Below, piece by piece: positions 31,126 to 41,294 of a stretch of 64,000 nucleotides of DNA. Position 1 is the stretch's first letter. Every line of letters starts with the position of its first letter. Both the position numbers and the translations under genes were made by a program. Under the pieces are notes generated by a model, which made no database searches, was not told where the DNA came from, and saw nothing but the letters and a program-made list of their open reading frames with translations. The stretch is from an uncultured Nitrosomonadales bacterium (GTDB lineage Bacteria; Pseudomonadota; Gammaproteobacteria; Burkholderiales; Gallionellaceae): contig CAIWRI010000110.1 in the NCBI GenBank assembly GCA_903915035.1, forward strand, positions 6,796 to 70,795, in the 5' to 3' direction.

Positions 31126-34056
31126 ATGCACTCATCACGAATATTCAGGGCTGATATGCAATTAGCTTTACCTTCACTTCATCGTCATTATCGCTCCACC
31201 ATGCGCAGCATGCTGGCATTCCTGTTATTGCTGGCATTCATGCAGCTTTTTGCCTTGTTAATGCCAACAGCCAAGCGGGGAATCTCAGTCTATTTGCCTA
31301 TACACACTCTCATGGAAACCATATCCATCGTGATTTCCATGATGGTGTTTACAGTGGGGTGGATTACGGCTGGCAGGCGCATGTCAGGTAATAGCACAAT
31401 ACTTGCCGCGGTATTCTTTTCTGTAGGGCTACTCGATTTTTTTCATACCATCTCTTACGCCGGCATGCCCGATTTTATCTCGGTAAACGACCAGCAAAAA
31501 CAGCTTAATTTCTGGTTGGCTGCACGTATCCTGGCGGCCCTTAGTTTACTGTGGGTGGCTGCCAGACCATGGGAGGCGCTCAAGTCACAGGCAACACGCT
31601 ATCTGATTTTTATTTCACTGCTTGTCATGGTCAGCATAATCACCTGGGCTATCGTCTGGCATCAGGGCTGGTTTCCGGACACGTTCATTCCGGGCGTGGG
31701 ACTGACGCCTTACAAGAAAGATTTTGAGTACCTGATCATCCTGATCAATCTGACTACGGCAACCGTACTGTGGGTCAGGATGCGAGAGATACAGCAGTTC
31801 AATATCGTACTGTTATTCGGCGCGGTATGTACCATAGCGATGAGTGAATTTTTCTTCACGCTCTATACCACCATGTTTGGCAGCTACAATGTGCTTGGGC
31901 ATCTTTATAAAGTCATTGCCTATCTGCTGATCTATCGCGCGCTAGTCCTTGAAGTGATTGAAGCGCCGTACAATTTGTTACACGAATCACAGCAGAAACT
32001 GGCGTTATTACTGCAGGCGTCAAATACGAGTTTCTGGAATTGGGATTTGAACAGTAACCAGGTCTATTACTCGCCTGAATGGAAGGCTCAGCTGGGCTAT
32101 CTTGCGGATGAACTTTCCGACCATTACAGCACATGGAATTCGTTACTCCACCCGGATGACAGTGAGCAGGTTTTGAGGCAGATGAACGAATATCTCGCTT
32201 CGACATCACGTGATGAATATGCGAGTGGATTTCGTTTATGTCACAAGGATGGCAGTTACCGCTGGATTCTTGCACGCGGGATAAAACAATATGATATTCA
32301 CGGGAAATTAACGCATCTTGTCGGTTTGCATGTCGATATTAGCGATCTTAAGTGGGCAGAAATGGAACAAAAGAGGCTTCATCACCGTCTGGACGAAAGG
32401 GAAGAAGTCTTTCTCACTCTGGCCAACAATATCTCCCAACTGGTATGGATGGCAGATGCGCAAGGCGCGGCATTTTGGTATAACCAGCGATGGTTCGATT
32501 ATACCGGCACGACGCTGGATGAGATGAGCGGTTGGGGCTGGATGAAAGTCCACCATCCGGACTACGTGCAATCCGTAGTAAAAAAACTAAGTCACTGTTT
32601 CAAGACGGGTGAAATATGGGAAGATACTTTCCCTTTGCGTGGCGCGGACGGTCAATACCGCTGGTTTCTCTCCAGAGCCGTGCCGATCCGTGACCAGCAG
32701 GGTGCGTTGCTCCGCTGGTTTGGCACAAACACTGACATCACCGAGAATAAGTTGGCGGAAGCAGAAAACTGCCGCTTAGCCTTTCATGCGGAAGAGAAAG
32801 AAAAGCGGGCACATGAGTTACTCGTTGCCAACATACATCACAAAATTGTCATTACACAATTGCAACAGATAGAAGCTGCGCATAAAAATACAGAAAAACT
32901 GCTGCTCAATGCCATGCAGAAACTAGAGGCAAAAGACCAATCCAAGACGCGTTTTCTGGCGGCGGCAGGACATGATTTGCGCCAACCGCTGGCAGCCGCG
33001 AATATGTTTCTATTCGCACTCAAGTCGACTGTAACAACGTCTGAACAAAAAGAGCTCGTACAGTCAATCAACAATTCAATGGGCACGTTCAAGGGCTTGC
33101 TTGATGCCCTACTGAATGTATCGAAGCTGGACTCGAATATGATCAAGCCGGAATGTGCAGCGATTAATGTACCGGAACTTATCATCTGGCTGGAAGAGAA
33201 TTTTAAAGCCATGGCCGGTGAGAAACAGCTGGGCTTTAAACTGTACTTTTCGCTCAAGCACATCCTTTTCATTCACAGCGACATTAATTTACTCAAGTCC
33301 GTGTTGATGAATCTTGTCTCCAATGCGATTAAGTTTTCAACGAAGGGGGCCATTCTGGTGAGTGCCAGAAAACGCGGGGCTGATGTATTGTTCCAGGTAT
33401 GGGATACCGGCATCGGCATTCCAGTCGAAAACATTAAACATATTTTTGATGAATTCTATCAAGTCGATAATCCGCAGCGGGACAGGACAATGGGGCTGGG
33501 GTTGGGACTGTCTATCGTCAAACGCACTTTGGCGCTGCTGGGAGGAAATATCGAATGCCGCTCACAAAGCGGTCAAGGAACGGTCTTTGATTTTTGCCTG
33601 CCCATCGCGGCTACCTCCAGTGTCATTCCACCGCAGTCAGCGACTATTGATATACAGCAACATTTGTCCTGCGATTCGATCGCTCAAGGGAAGCACTTTG
33701 TTGTAGTTGAAGATGATTTGATGGTGGCGCAAGCGACGACCGCCTGCCTGGAGATCATGGGCGGCAAGGTACGCTGCTTTCATCGTGCTGAAGATGCGCT
33801 GCTTTGCGCCGATATTGAGCGCACCGATTATTTCATTGTCGATTATATGTTGGGTGGTACTTTAAATGGCATTCAGTTCCTGAACCAGCTGCGTCAACAA
33901 CTGGGTAAATCTGTTCATGCGGTATTGGTGACAGGAGACACTTCCAGCAATCTGATCCAGGATACTTCAGATTTTGCCTGGCCAGTACAATATAAACCTG
34001 TGAATATGCCGGCGTTACTCACCAGTCTCAGTGGACAAGCAGACAGATTAATGTAA
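31126..34056 (+). CDS. Hybrid sensor histidine kinase with polytopic N-terminal membrane sensor (MASE3-like), PAS repeats, HisKA, HATPase, REC
   Basis: About 7 hydrophobic segments in the first 280 aa and at least two PAS domains (SFWNWDL ..., LVWMADAQGAAFWYNQRW). H-box AAAGHDLRQPL, N-box LVSNAIKFS, G-boxes DTGIGI and GLGLGL, and a C-terminal receiver (VVVEDD ... IVDYML ... YKP). The start codon is uncertain (31126, 31156 or 31201). Confidence 0.85.
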   Translation: MHSSRIFRADMQLALPSLHRHYRSTMRSMLAFLLLLAFMQLFALLMPTAKRGISVYLPIHTLMETISIVISMMVFTVGWITAGRRMSGNSTILAAVFFSVGLLDFFHTISYAGMPDFISVNDQQKQLNFWLAARILAALSLLWVAARPWEALKSQATRYLIFISLLVMVSIITWAIVWHQGWFPDTFIPGVGLTPYKKDFEYLIILINLTTATVLWVRMREIQQFNIVLLFGAVCTIAMSEFFFTLYTTMFGSYNVLGHLYKVIAYLLIYRALVLEVIEAPYNLLHESQQKLALLLQASNTSFWNWDLNSNQVYYSPEWKAQLGYLADELSDHYSTWNSLLHPDDSEQVLRQMNEYLASTSRDEYASGFRLCHKDGSYRWILARGIKQYDIHGKLTHLVGLHVDISDLKWAEMEQKRLHHRLDEREEVFLTLANNISQLVWMADAQGAAFWYNQRWFDYTGTTLDEMSGWGWMKVHHPDYVQSVVKKLSHCFKTGEIWEDTFPLRGADGQYRWFLSRAVPIRDQQGALLRWFGTNTDITENKLAEAENCRLAFHAEEKEKRAHELLVANIHHKIVITQLQQIEAAHKNTEKLLLNAMQKLEAKDQSKTRFLAAAGHDLRQPLAAANMFLFALKSTVTTSEQKELVQSINNSMGTFKGLLDALLNVSKLDSNMIKPECAAINVPELIIWLEENFKAMAGEKQLGFKLYFSLKHILFIHSDINLLKSVLMNLVSNAIKFSTKGAILVSARKRGADVLFQVWDTGIGIPVENIKHIFDEFYQVDNPQRDRTMGLGLGLSIVKRTLALLGGNIECRSQSGQGTVFDFCLPIAATSSVIPPQSATIDIQQHLSCDSIAQGKHFVVVEDDLMVAQATTACLEIMGGKVRCFHRAEDALLCADIERTDYFIVDYMLGGTLNGIQFLNQLRQQLGKSVHAVLVTGDTSSNLIQDTSDFAWPVQYKPVNMPALLTSLSGQADRLM

Positions 34057-34161
34057 AACTCGGGTAAACGAGCCGCGATGTAAGTTCACGTTAAACGACC
34101 AAATAAAGCTTGGACGCAACCTAAAGATAATATACTGATCACAGCGCGCCTGATGAGATGA

Positions 34162-34704
34162 TTAGCCTCGCAAATTTAGCTTTTTCCAGCCTTCGAGCCC
34201 CAGTTTTTTGAGCATGTCAATATTGGCATCAGGAATCCGGTCTGCATCAGGAAAGGCGTCCACCGCGCGATCGACGCTGTCCTCACGCAGCAAATGCAAT
34301 GTCGGGTAAGGCGCGCGATTGCTGTAATTTTCGATGTCATCCACCTCGGTACCGGAAAACTGATACTGCGGGTGCAGACTGGCTACCTGAAATGCATCAT
34401 TGAATTCCGGCTCTGCTGTGGCCAAATCAACTGCATCCAGGAAATCGTTATAGTCCAGAAAATCGGTGAGCACCAGAGGATGTATCAATAAGGTGGTATC
34501 CACCAATTGGGCATCCGTCGCCTGCAAAAAGCGCAATTCAGCAATTAAGTCACCCAGTAAAGCCTCCTCGGTAGTCGCGCGACTCACCACATAGCGTATC
34601 TGTTTTTTGACATGAACCGCCTTGGCAAACGGGCAAAGGTTAAGACCGATAACCGCTTTTTCCAGCCAGTCCTGAGTTACTGCGATGATTGTTTCGTTCG
34701 TCAT
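34162..34704 (-). CDS. DUF1415-family protein
   Basis: 180-189 aa with the GLNLCPFAKAV motif typical of DUF1415. The ATG at 34704 (MTNETII) has GGAAAG upstream; an alternative ATG lies at 34731. Confidence 0.65.
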   Translation of the reverse strand: MTNETIIAVTQDWLEKAVIGLNLCPFAKAVHVKKQIRYVVSRATTEEALLGDLIAELRFLQATDAQLVDTTLLIHPLVLTDFLDYNDFLDAVDLATAEPEFNDAFQVASLHPQYQFSGTEVDDIENYSNRAPYPTLHLLREDSVDRAVDAFPDADRIPDANIDMLKKLGLEGWKKLNLRG

Positions 34705-34795
34705 TTTGTACTTTCCAGTCATTATTTTCAATTTAGTGTCAACCCGCCCTGCTCACACGTGAGGATAAGGTTAGTTTCGATGAATTAACGCCACC

Positions 34796-35785
34796 TCAAT
34801 AAGGCAAGGGTGGTTCATCCATCAGCGCAATCTGCTCGCGCAATTCAAGTATCTTATCCTGCCAGTAACGCGGACTGCTAAACCAGGGAAAGGCTGCCGG
34901 AAATGCGGCATCATCCCAGCGCCGGGCAATCCAGGCTGAATAATGTATCAGCCGTAATGTTCGCAAGGCTTCGATCAGATGTAATTCACGCGGATCGAAG
35001 TCGCAAAAGTCTTCGTAGCCCGAGAGCAAATCGCCCAATTGTCGTGTTTGTTCTGCACGCTCACCGGATAACAGCATCCACAAGTCCTGTATCGCCGGCC
35101 CCATACGGCTATCATCAAAGTCGACAAAGTGCGGCCCGCTATCCGTCCACAATACATTGCCAACATGACAGTCACCATGCAGGCGCAGCGTTTTTACCAC
35201 GCCGGCACGCTCAAAACAACGCCGCACGCCCTCCAGCGCTAATAACGCCACACCGCGATACACTTCAATTAATTCGGCGGGAATAAAATCATGAGCCAGC
35301 AGATAGTCGACAGGCTCAACGCCAAAACTTTGAATATCCAGCACGGGACGATGCTGATACGTCTCAAGCGCACCTACCGCATGAAGACGTCCGAGAAAAC
35401 GCCCCATCCATTGTAATATATCAGGATTATCCAGGTCCGGCGCGCGACCGCCGTGTTTACTGAATACCGAAAAGCGGAATCCTTTATATTCATGCAGCGT
35501 ACTGCCATTTATCCGCAGCGCGGGCACAACCGGTATTTCGCGCTCTGCCAGCGATGCAACAAAGCCATGCTCTTCCAGAATGGCCGTATCCGTCCAGCGC
35601 AAAGGCCGGTAAAATTTGGCGACCAGTGGCAGATTATCCTCCATGCCGGCCTGATAGACGCGATTTTCATAACTGTTCAGTGCGAGCAATCGGCCATCGC
35701 TGCGTAAGCCTGCGCTGTCTAACGCATCCAGAACAATATCGGGCGTGAGAGAACTAAAAGGGTGTTGAGTATTCATAGTCGGCAT
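34796..35785 (-). CDS. srkA: Stress-response serine/threonine kinase SrkA (YihE/RdoA family)
   Basis: Catalytic loop HGDCHVGNVLW, FVDFDD metal-binding motif, and an N-terminal LNSYENRVY segment, as in YihE. Confidence 0.85.
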   Translation of the reverse strand: MPTMNTQHPFSSLTPDIVLDALDSAGLRSDGRLLALNSYENRVYQAGMEDNLPLVAKFYRPLRWTDTAILEEHGFVASLAEREIPVVPALRINGSTLHEYKGFRFSVFSKHGGRAPDLDNPDILQWMGRFLGRLHAVGALETYQHRPVLDIQSFGVEPVDYLLAHDFIPAELIEVYRGVALLALEGVRRCFERAGVVKTLRLHGDCHVGNVLWTDSGPHFVDFDDSRMGPAIQDLWMLLSGERAEQTRQLGDLLSGYEDFCDFDPRELHLIEALRTLRLIHYSAWIARRWDDAAFPAAFPWFSSPRYWQDKILELREQIALMDEPPLPY

Positions 35786-35870
35786 TGTATGTTATTCCTG
35801 AATCCTGAATTCTAAATCCTGCATCTCGGTGTATAATTTGCCCCCTATCAATTAACCTCAAGGAAATATT

Positions 35871-37064
35871 GTGTCCCTCTCAAAACGCGTCCAGGCTATT
35901 AAACCGTCCCCTACTCTTGCCGTCACCGCACGCGCAGCGAAACTCAAGGCAGAAGGAAAAGATATCATCGGACTGGGAACGGGCGAACCGGATTTTGATA
36001 CCCCGCAGCACATCAAGGATGCCGCGATCGGTGCCATCAATGCCGGTTTTACAAAATATACTGCGGTAGGCGGCACGCCTTCCCTGAAAAAAGCCATTAT
36101 TGCCAAATTCAAACGCGATAACGGTCTGGATTACACTGCCAAGCAGATTTTGGTTTCCTGTGGCGGCAAGCAAAGTTTTTTCAATCTGGCATTGGCTGTC
36201 ATCAATCCAGGCGATGAAGTCATTATTCCTGCACCTTACTGGGTGTCGTATCCTGATATCGTGCTCATCGCAGAAGGCACGCCGGTCATCGTGCATGCGG
36301 ATATCGCGCAAGGTTTCAAACTGACAGCTGAACAACTCTCCGCGGTCATCACCCCGAAAACAAAAATGCTGGTCATCAACAGCCCGAGCAATCCTTCCGG
36401 CGCGGTATACACGCTGGACGATCTCAAAGCCCTGGGCGAAGTACTGCGTAAACATCCGCAAATCTTAATCGCTACCGATGATATGTACGAACATGTCGCG
36501 CTGGCTGATGAACCTTTCGTGAATATCCTGAATGCCTGCCCGGATCTGTATTCACGTACCATGGTCATGAACGGCGTATCCAAGGCTTACGCCATGACCG
36601 GCTGGCGCATCGGCTATGCAGCGGGCCCGGAGAATATCATCACCGCGATGGAAAATGTGCAGTCACAAAGCACCTCCAATCCAACTTCGATTTCACAGGT
36701 AGCCGCAGAAGCCGCACTAAACGGCGATCAGGGCTGTATCACGCCTATGGTCAAGGCCTTCCGCGAACGCCACATCTTCGTGGTGAATGAATTAAACAAG
36801 ATTCCGGGTCTGTCCTGCATCATGGCGGGCGGCGCATTCTATGCCTTCCCGGATGCCAGAGTCGCTATTGCCAATTTACATCAAAAAGGCATCCTTAAAG
36901 AAGCAACTGATCTAGCCCTCGCTGAATACCTGCTGGTGGATGCCGGTGTTGCGGTAGTCCCAGGCTCCGCGTTTGGCAGTGAAGGCTTCATGCGCTTATC
37001 TTTTGCCACCTCGATGGAAAACCTCAGCAATGCACTGATGCGCATTGCAAAAGCACTGGCATAA
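35871..37064 (+). CDS. Aspartate/aromatic aminotransferase, class I PLP-dependent
   Basis: GTG start. Motifs: IGLGTGEPDFDTP, NSPSNPSG, and the PLP lysine in SKAYAMTGWRIGY. 397 aa. Confidence 0.9.
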   Translation: MSLSKRVQAIKPSPTLAVTARAAKLKAEGKDIIGLGTGEPDFDTPQHIKDAAIGAINAGFTKYTAVGGTPSLKKAIIAKFKRDNGLDYTAKQILVSCGGKQSFFNLALAVINPGDEVIIPAPYWVSYPDIVLIAEGTPVIVHADIAQGFKLTAEQLSAVITPKTKMLVINSPSNPSGAVYTLDDLKALGEVLRKHPQILIATDDMYEHVALADEPFVNILNACPDLYSRTMVMNGVSKAYAMTGWRIGYAAGPENIITAMENVQSQSTSNPTSISQVAAEAALNGDQGCITPMVKAFRERHIFVVNELNKIPGLSCIMAGGAFYAFPDARVAIANLHQKGILKEATDLALAEYLLVDAGVAVVPGSAFGSEGFMRLSFATSMENLSNALMRIAKALA

Positions 37065-37109
37065 CCGTTAAATCATAATCCGTGCTGGCGCAAGCCTGCA
37101 ACGGGTATG

Positions 37110-37140
37110 AAAAAGGGGACCGAAATCGGTCCCCTTTTTT
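37110..37140. terminator. Bidirectional intrinsic terminator between the aminotransferase and ppsA
   Basis: AAAAA-GGGGACCG-AAAT-CGGTCCCC-TTTTTT: a perfect 8-bp GC-rich stem, a tetraloop, and A and T runs on either side. Confidence 0.85.
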
Positions 37141-37175
37141 ACGACAACCCCACCGCTAGCGATGGGGACAGTTTA

Positions 37176-39554
37176 TTACTTAGCGCCAATCACTGGATCA
37201 GCAGCCAGTTTACGCCACGTTTCCAGCAAGGTATCCGGATTCAGCGATAAAGTCTGAATACCGGTTGCTACCAGCCATTGCGCGAAATCGAAATGATCCG
37301 AAGGACCCTGTCCGCAAATACCGACATATTTGCCCAGACGGTTGCAGGTGGTGATGGCCATTTTCAGCAACACCTTAACCGCCTCGTCGCGTTCGTCGAA
37401 ACGATCCGCAACCAGACTGGAATCCCGATCCAAGCCTAAAGTCAGCTGGGTCAAATCATTCGAACCGATTGAAAAACCATCGAAGAATTCCAGGAACGAT
37501 TCAGCCAGCAGCGCATTGGAAGGAATCTCGCACATCATAATGAGACGCAAACCGTTTTCGCCGCGCACCAGACCGTGTTTCGCCATGGTGGCTACCACTT
37601 CACGCGCTTCTTGTACCGTGCGTACAAACGGCACCATCAGTTCCACGTTGGTGTAACCCAACTTTTCACGGACACGCTTCATGGCACGACATTCCAACTC
37701 GAAACAATCGCTGAAGTTCGGTGCGACATAACGACCGGCGCCACGGAAACCGATCATTGGATTTTCTTCCATCGGCTCGTAGATTTCACCGCCCAGCAAT
37801 TTGCGATATTCGTTCGACTTAAAGTCTGACAGGCGAACGATGACCGGTTTAGGCCAGAAAGCGGCGGCCAGTGTGGACACCCCTTCGGTGATTTTTTCTA
37901 CATAGAATTCGACCGGATCAGCGTACCCTGCCGAGCGTTGTAAAACCGCTTCATGCAACTTGCCGGGCAACTTGTTGTGTTCCAGTACCGCTTTAGGGTG
38001 AATACCGATCAGGTTGTTGATGATGAACTCAAGGCGAGCCAGTCCCACACCTGCTGAGGGCAGTTGTGCGAATTCGAAGGCCAGATTCGGGTTACCCACA
38101 TTGAGCATCAACTTGACCGGCAAAGCGGGCAACTCGTTGGCACTGCTGACCACGACCTCGAATGGAAGATTACCGTGATAGACAAAACCGGTATCGCCTT
38201 CGGCACAGGAAATGGTAACCATTTCACCTTCTTGCAAAGCGGTGGTTGCATGACCGCAACCGACGATAGCCGGGATACCCAGTTCACGCGCGATGATCGC
38301 CGCATGACAGGTACGACCGCCGCGATTAGTGACAATCGCTGCGGCTTTCTTCATAACCGGTTCCCAGTTAGGGTCAGTCATGTCGGTTACCAGCACATCG
38401 CCTGCCTGTACCTGATCCATTTCAGCTGTACTAGCCACGATACGCACGCGACCCACACCGATCTTCTGGCCGATTGCGCGACCTTCAACCAGCACGTCGC
38501 CGCGCTGTTTCAGACGGTATTTTTCGGTTTTGTGCGTAGCGGCGTTGGATTTAACTGTTTCAGGACGTGCCTGCAGGATGTACAGCTTGCCGTCATTGCC
38601 ATCCTTACCCCATTCGATGTCCATCGGACGACCATAATGTTCTTCAATGGAAATAGCGTAACGAGCCAATTCCAGAATATCGTCGTCGCTCAAGGAGAAG
38701 CGAGTTTGATCTTCCAGAGGAATACTTTCGATACGTGTTGAACGTCCGGCAGAACGCTGCTCGTCAAACACCATGCGCAATTGCTTGGAGCCTAATGAAC
38801 GGCGGATAATCGCCGGAAATCCTGCGGCAAGCTGTTGCTTATGAACATAGAATTCATCAGGATTAACCGCGCCCTGCACGACCATTTCGCCCAGGCCGAA
38901 GCTTGAGGTGATGAACACCGCGTCGCGGAAGCCTGATTCGGTATCCAGTGTAAACATCACGCCGGATGCGCCCAGATCAGAACGCACCATGCGCTGAATA
39001 CCGGCTGATAGTGCTACGTCAGCATGGGTAAAATCCTTGTGTACACGGTAGGAAATTGCACGATCGTTGTAGAGGGATGCAAAAACTTCACGTATCGCGT
39101 GCAGAATATTCGCGATGCCGTGGATATTCAAATAAGTTTCCTGCTGCCCTGCGAAAGAAGCATCCGGCAAATCTTCAGCTGTCGCGGAAGAACGCACGGC
39201 AAAGCTGGCATCAGAATCACCCGCCAATTCGGCATAATGCAGGCTGATTTCAGCTTCCAAACGGGCTGGCAACGGCGCGTCGATGATCCAGCCGCGTATG
39301 GTGCGCCCTGCTTCGGCCAATGCAACCACGTCATCCACATTCAGCGCTTTCAGCAAATCCTCGATGCGCTTATCCAAGCCATCATTTGCCAGAAAATCAC
39401 GGTATGCCTGTGCCGTAGTGGCAAAACCACCCGGAACCAGCACACCCGAAGAACTCAGGTTCGAAATCATCTCACCTAGCGAAGCATTTTTTCCGCCGAC
39501 TTGAGGTATATCATTGATACCCAAAGACTGAAACGGAATGACATAAGTTTGCAT
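37176..39554 (-). CDS. ppsA: Phosphoenolpyruvate synthase
   Basis: Start at [29 protein letters not shown], with AAGGGA upstream. It carries the phosphohistidine motif [18 protein letters not shown] and a C-terminal PEP-utilising TIM domain. Confidence 0.95.
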   Translation of the reverse strand: MQTYVIPFQSLGINDIPQVGGKNASLGEMISNLSSSGVLVPGGFATTAQAYRDFLANDGLDKRIEDLLKALNVDDVVALAEAGRTIRGWIIDAPLPARLEAEISLHYAELAGDSDASFAVRSSATAEDLPDASFAGQQETYLNIHGIANILHAIREVFASLYNDRAISYRVHKDFTHADVALSAGIQRMVRSDLGASGVMFTLDTESGFRDAVFITSSFGLGEMVVQGAVNPDEFYVHKQQLAAGFPAIIRRSLGSKQLRMVFDEQRSAGRSTRIESIPLEDQTRFSLSDDDILELARYAISIEEHYGRPMDIEWGKDGNDGKLYILQARPETVKSNAATHKTEKYRLKQRGDVLVEGRAIGQKIGVGRVRIVASTAEMDQVQAGDVLVTDMTDPNWEPVMKKAAAIVTNRGGRTCHAAIIARELGIPAIVGCGHATTALQEGEMVTISCAEGDTGFVYHGNLPFEVVVSSANELPALPVKLMLNVGNPNLAFEFAQLPSAGVGLARLEFIINNLIGIHPKAVLEHNKLPGKLHEAVLQRSAGYADPVEFYVEKITEGVSTLAAAFWPKPVIVRLSDFKSNEYRKLLGGEIYEPMEENPMIGFRGAGRYVAPNFSDCFELECRAMKRVREKLGYTNVELMVPFVRTVQEAREVVATMAKHGLVRGENGLRLIMMCEIPSNALLAESFLEFFDGFSIGSNDLTQLTLGLDRDSSLVADRFDERDEAVKVLLKMAITTCNRLGKYVGICGQGPSDHFDFAQWLVATGIQTLSLNPDTLLETWRKLAADPVIGAK

Positions 39555-39599
39555 AGTATTTCCCTTATCTATATTAAATCGGTCAAGTTGGCACACACA

Positions 39600-41240
39600 T
39601 CACGGAATCATCCAGGGCATAAGATATGCCTGTACTGTGGTCATTATACCAACGAGTCCGGCTAACATCAGACTATGTTTCAAAGTAAATCGAAATAAAT
39701 CGCCTTCTCGCCCCACTAAACCGACCGCAGCAGCCGCTACAGCGATGGATTGAGGTGAAATCATCTTGCCGGTCACCCCGCCTGTCGAGTTCGCTGCGAC
39801 CATCAAAGTATCGCTGACACCAAGCTGATGCGCAGTATTGGCCTGCAAATTGCAGAACAAGGCGTTAGACGAGGTATCAGAACCTGTCAGAAACACCCCT
39901 ATCCAGCCCAAAAATGGCGAGAAGAACGGAAACGCAGCGCCGGTTCCTGCCAGCAGCAGCGCCATGGTGGCAGACAAGCCGGAATAGTTGGCGATAAAGG
40001 CGAACGCCAGCACCATCCCTATCGAGTAAATCGGCAACATCAGATCTTTCAGTGTGCTGCCGAAGGTCCGGATTGCGTCCAACGGTTTCATGCGCAGCAC
40101 AATCGCACTGATGACAGCAGACAGTAAAATCGCCGTCCCCGTTGCAGCCAGCCAGTTGAAAGAATAAACCGCGGCATACGCCTTGGGCAGTTCGACAATC
40201 GGCGGCATTTTCATGACCATGTTGTTGAGCATCGGCACAGGGGTGTTGATTACCGTCCAGGCCAACTCGCCGCCCTTGGCAAACAAGGCCTTGAAAGGCT
40301 TGATCGACCAGATAGTGACAAATATCGTCAAAATAATGAACGGCGACCAGGCCTTGAATACTTTACCTGCAGAATGCGCATCTAGCTTCAGAGTGATTTC
40401 CTGCCCGGGAAAGCGGAAGATATTTTTAGGTTGCCAGAATTTCAGGAAAATAGTCAGCGAAATCAGGCTCACCAGTGCAGAGGTAATATCCGGCAATTCC
40501 GGCCCGATAAAGTTGGCGGTCAAAAATTGAGTCACGGCAAAAGACACACCACACACCAAAATTGCCGGCCAGGTTTCACGCACACCGCGCCTGCCGTCCA
40601 TGATCAGGATCACCCAAAACGGGATTAACATCGACAACAGCGGCAGTTGACGCGCTGCCATTTGCCCGATTTTGAACGCGTCGATACCGGTGACCTGCCC
40701 CGCTACGATAATGGGAATCCCCATCGCGCCGAATGCGACCGGTGCGGTATTGGTAATCAGACACAGACCTGCTGCATAGAGCGGGTTAAAGCCTAAGCCG
40801 ACCAGCAAAGCGGCCGTGATCGCGACCGGCGCGCCGAAGCCCGCGGCCCCCTCCAGAAAGGCACCGAAGGAAAAACCGACCAGCAACATTTGCAGGCGTT
40901 GATCTTCTGTTATGCTAACGACCGAAGCACGGATGATTTCAAACTGCCCGGTTTTGACCGTCACCTTATACAGGAACACCGCCGTGACAATAATCCATGC
41001 AATCGGCCAGATGCCAAACAGAAAGCCATAGCCTGCCGATGCCAATGCCATGACAGCGGGCATGTGGTAGAAAAAAACAGCAACCAGCAAGGACAACACA
41101 ACGGTAATGGTGCTGGCCAGATAACCCTTCATCCGGAACACAGCCAGGGCGACAAAAAAGAAGATAATGGGGATACCGGCTATCAGTGCTGAAAGCCACA
41201 GATTACCTAACGGATCATATAATTGTTGCCAGGGTTGCAT
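39600..41240 (-). CDS. lldP: L-lactate permease (LctP family)
   Basis: 546 aa, polytopic, with an N-terminus [21 protein letters not shown] typical of LctP/LldP. GAGGAG lies upstream of the ATG. Confidence 0.9.
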   Translation of the reverse strand: MQPWQQLYDPLGNLWLSALIAGIPIIFFFVALAVFRMKGYLASTITVVLSLLVAVFFYHMPAVMALASAGYGFLFGIWPIAWIIVTAVFLYKVTVKTGQFEIIRASVVSITEDQRLQMLLVGFSFGAFLEGAAGFGAPVAITAALLVGLGFNPLYAAGLCLITNTAPVAFGAMGIPIIVAGQVTGIDAFKIGQMAARQLPLLSMLIPFWVILIMDGRRGVRETWPAILVCGVSFAVTQFLTANFIGPELPDITSALVSLISLTIFLKFWQPKNIFRFPGQEITLKLDAHSAGKVFKAWSPFIILTIFVTIWSIKPFKALFAKGGELAWTVINTPVPMLNNMVMKMPPIVELPKAYAAVYSFNWLAATGTAILLSAVISAIVLRMKPLDAIRTFGSTLKDLMLPIYSIGMVLAFAFIANYSGLSATMALLLAGTGAAFPFFSPFLGWIGVFLTGSDTSSNALFCNLQANTAHQLGVSDTLMVAANSTGGVTGKMISPQSIAVAAAAVGLVGREGDLFRFTLKHSLMLAGLVGIMTTVQAYLMPWMIP

Positions 41241-41294
41241 GGTGAATCTCCTCTGTTGTTATAGTTATGGTGAATCGATGACGCGGGTGAAACG

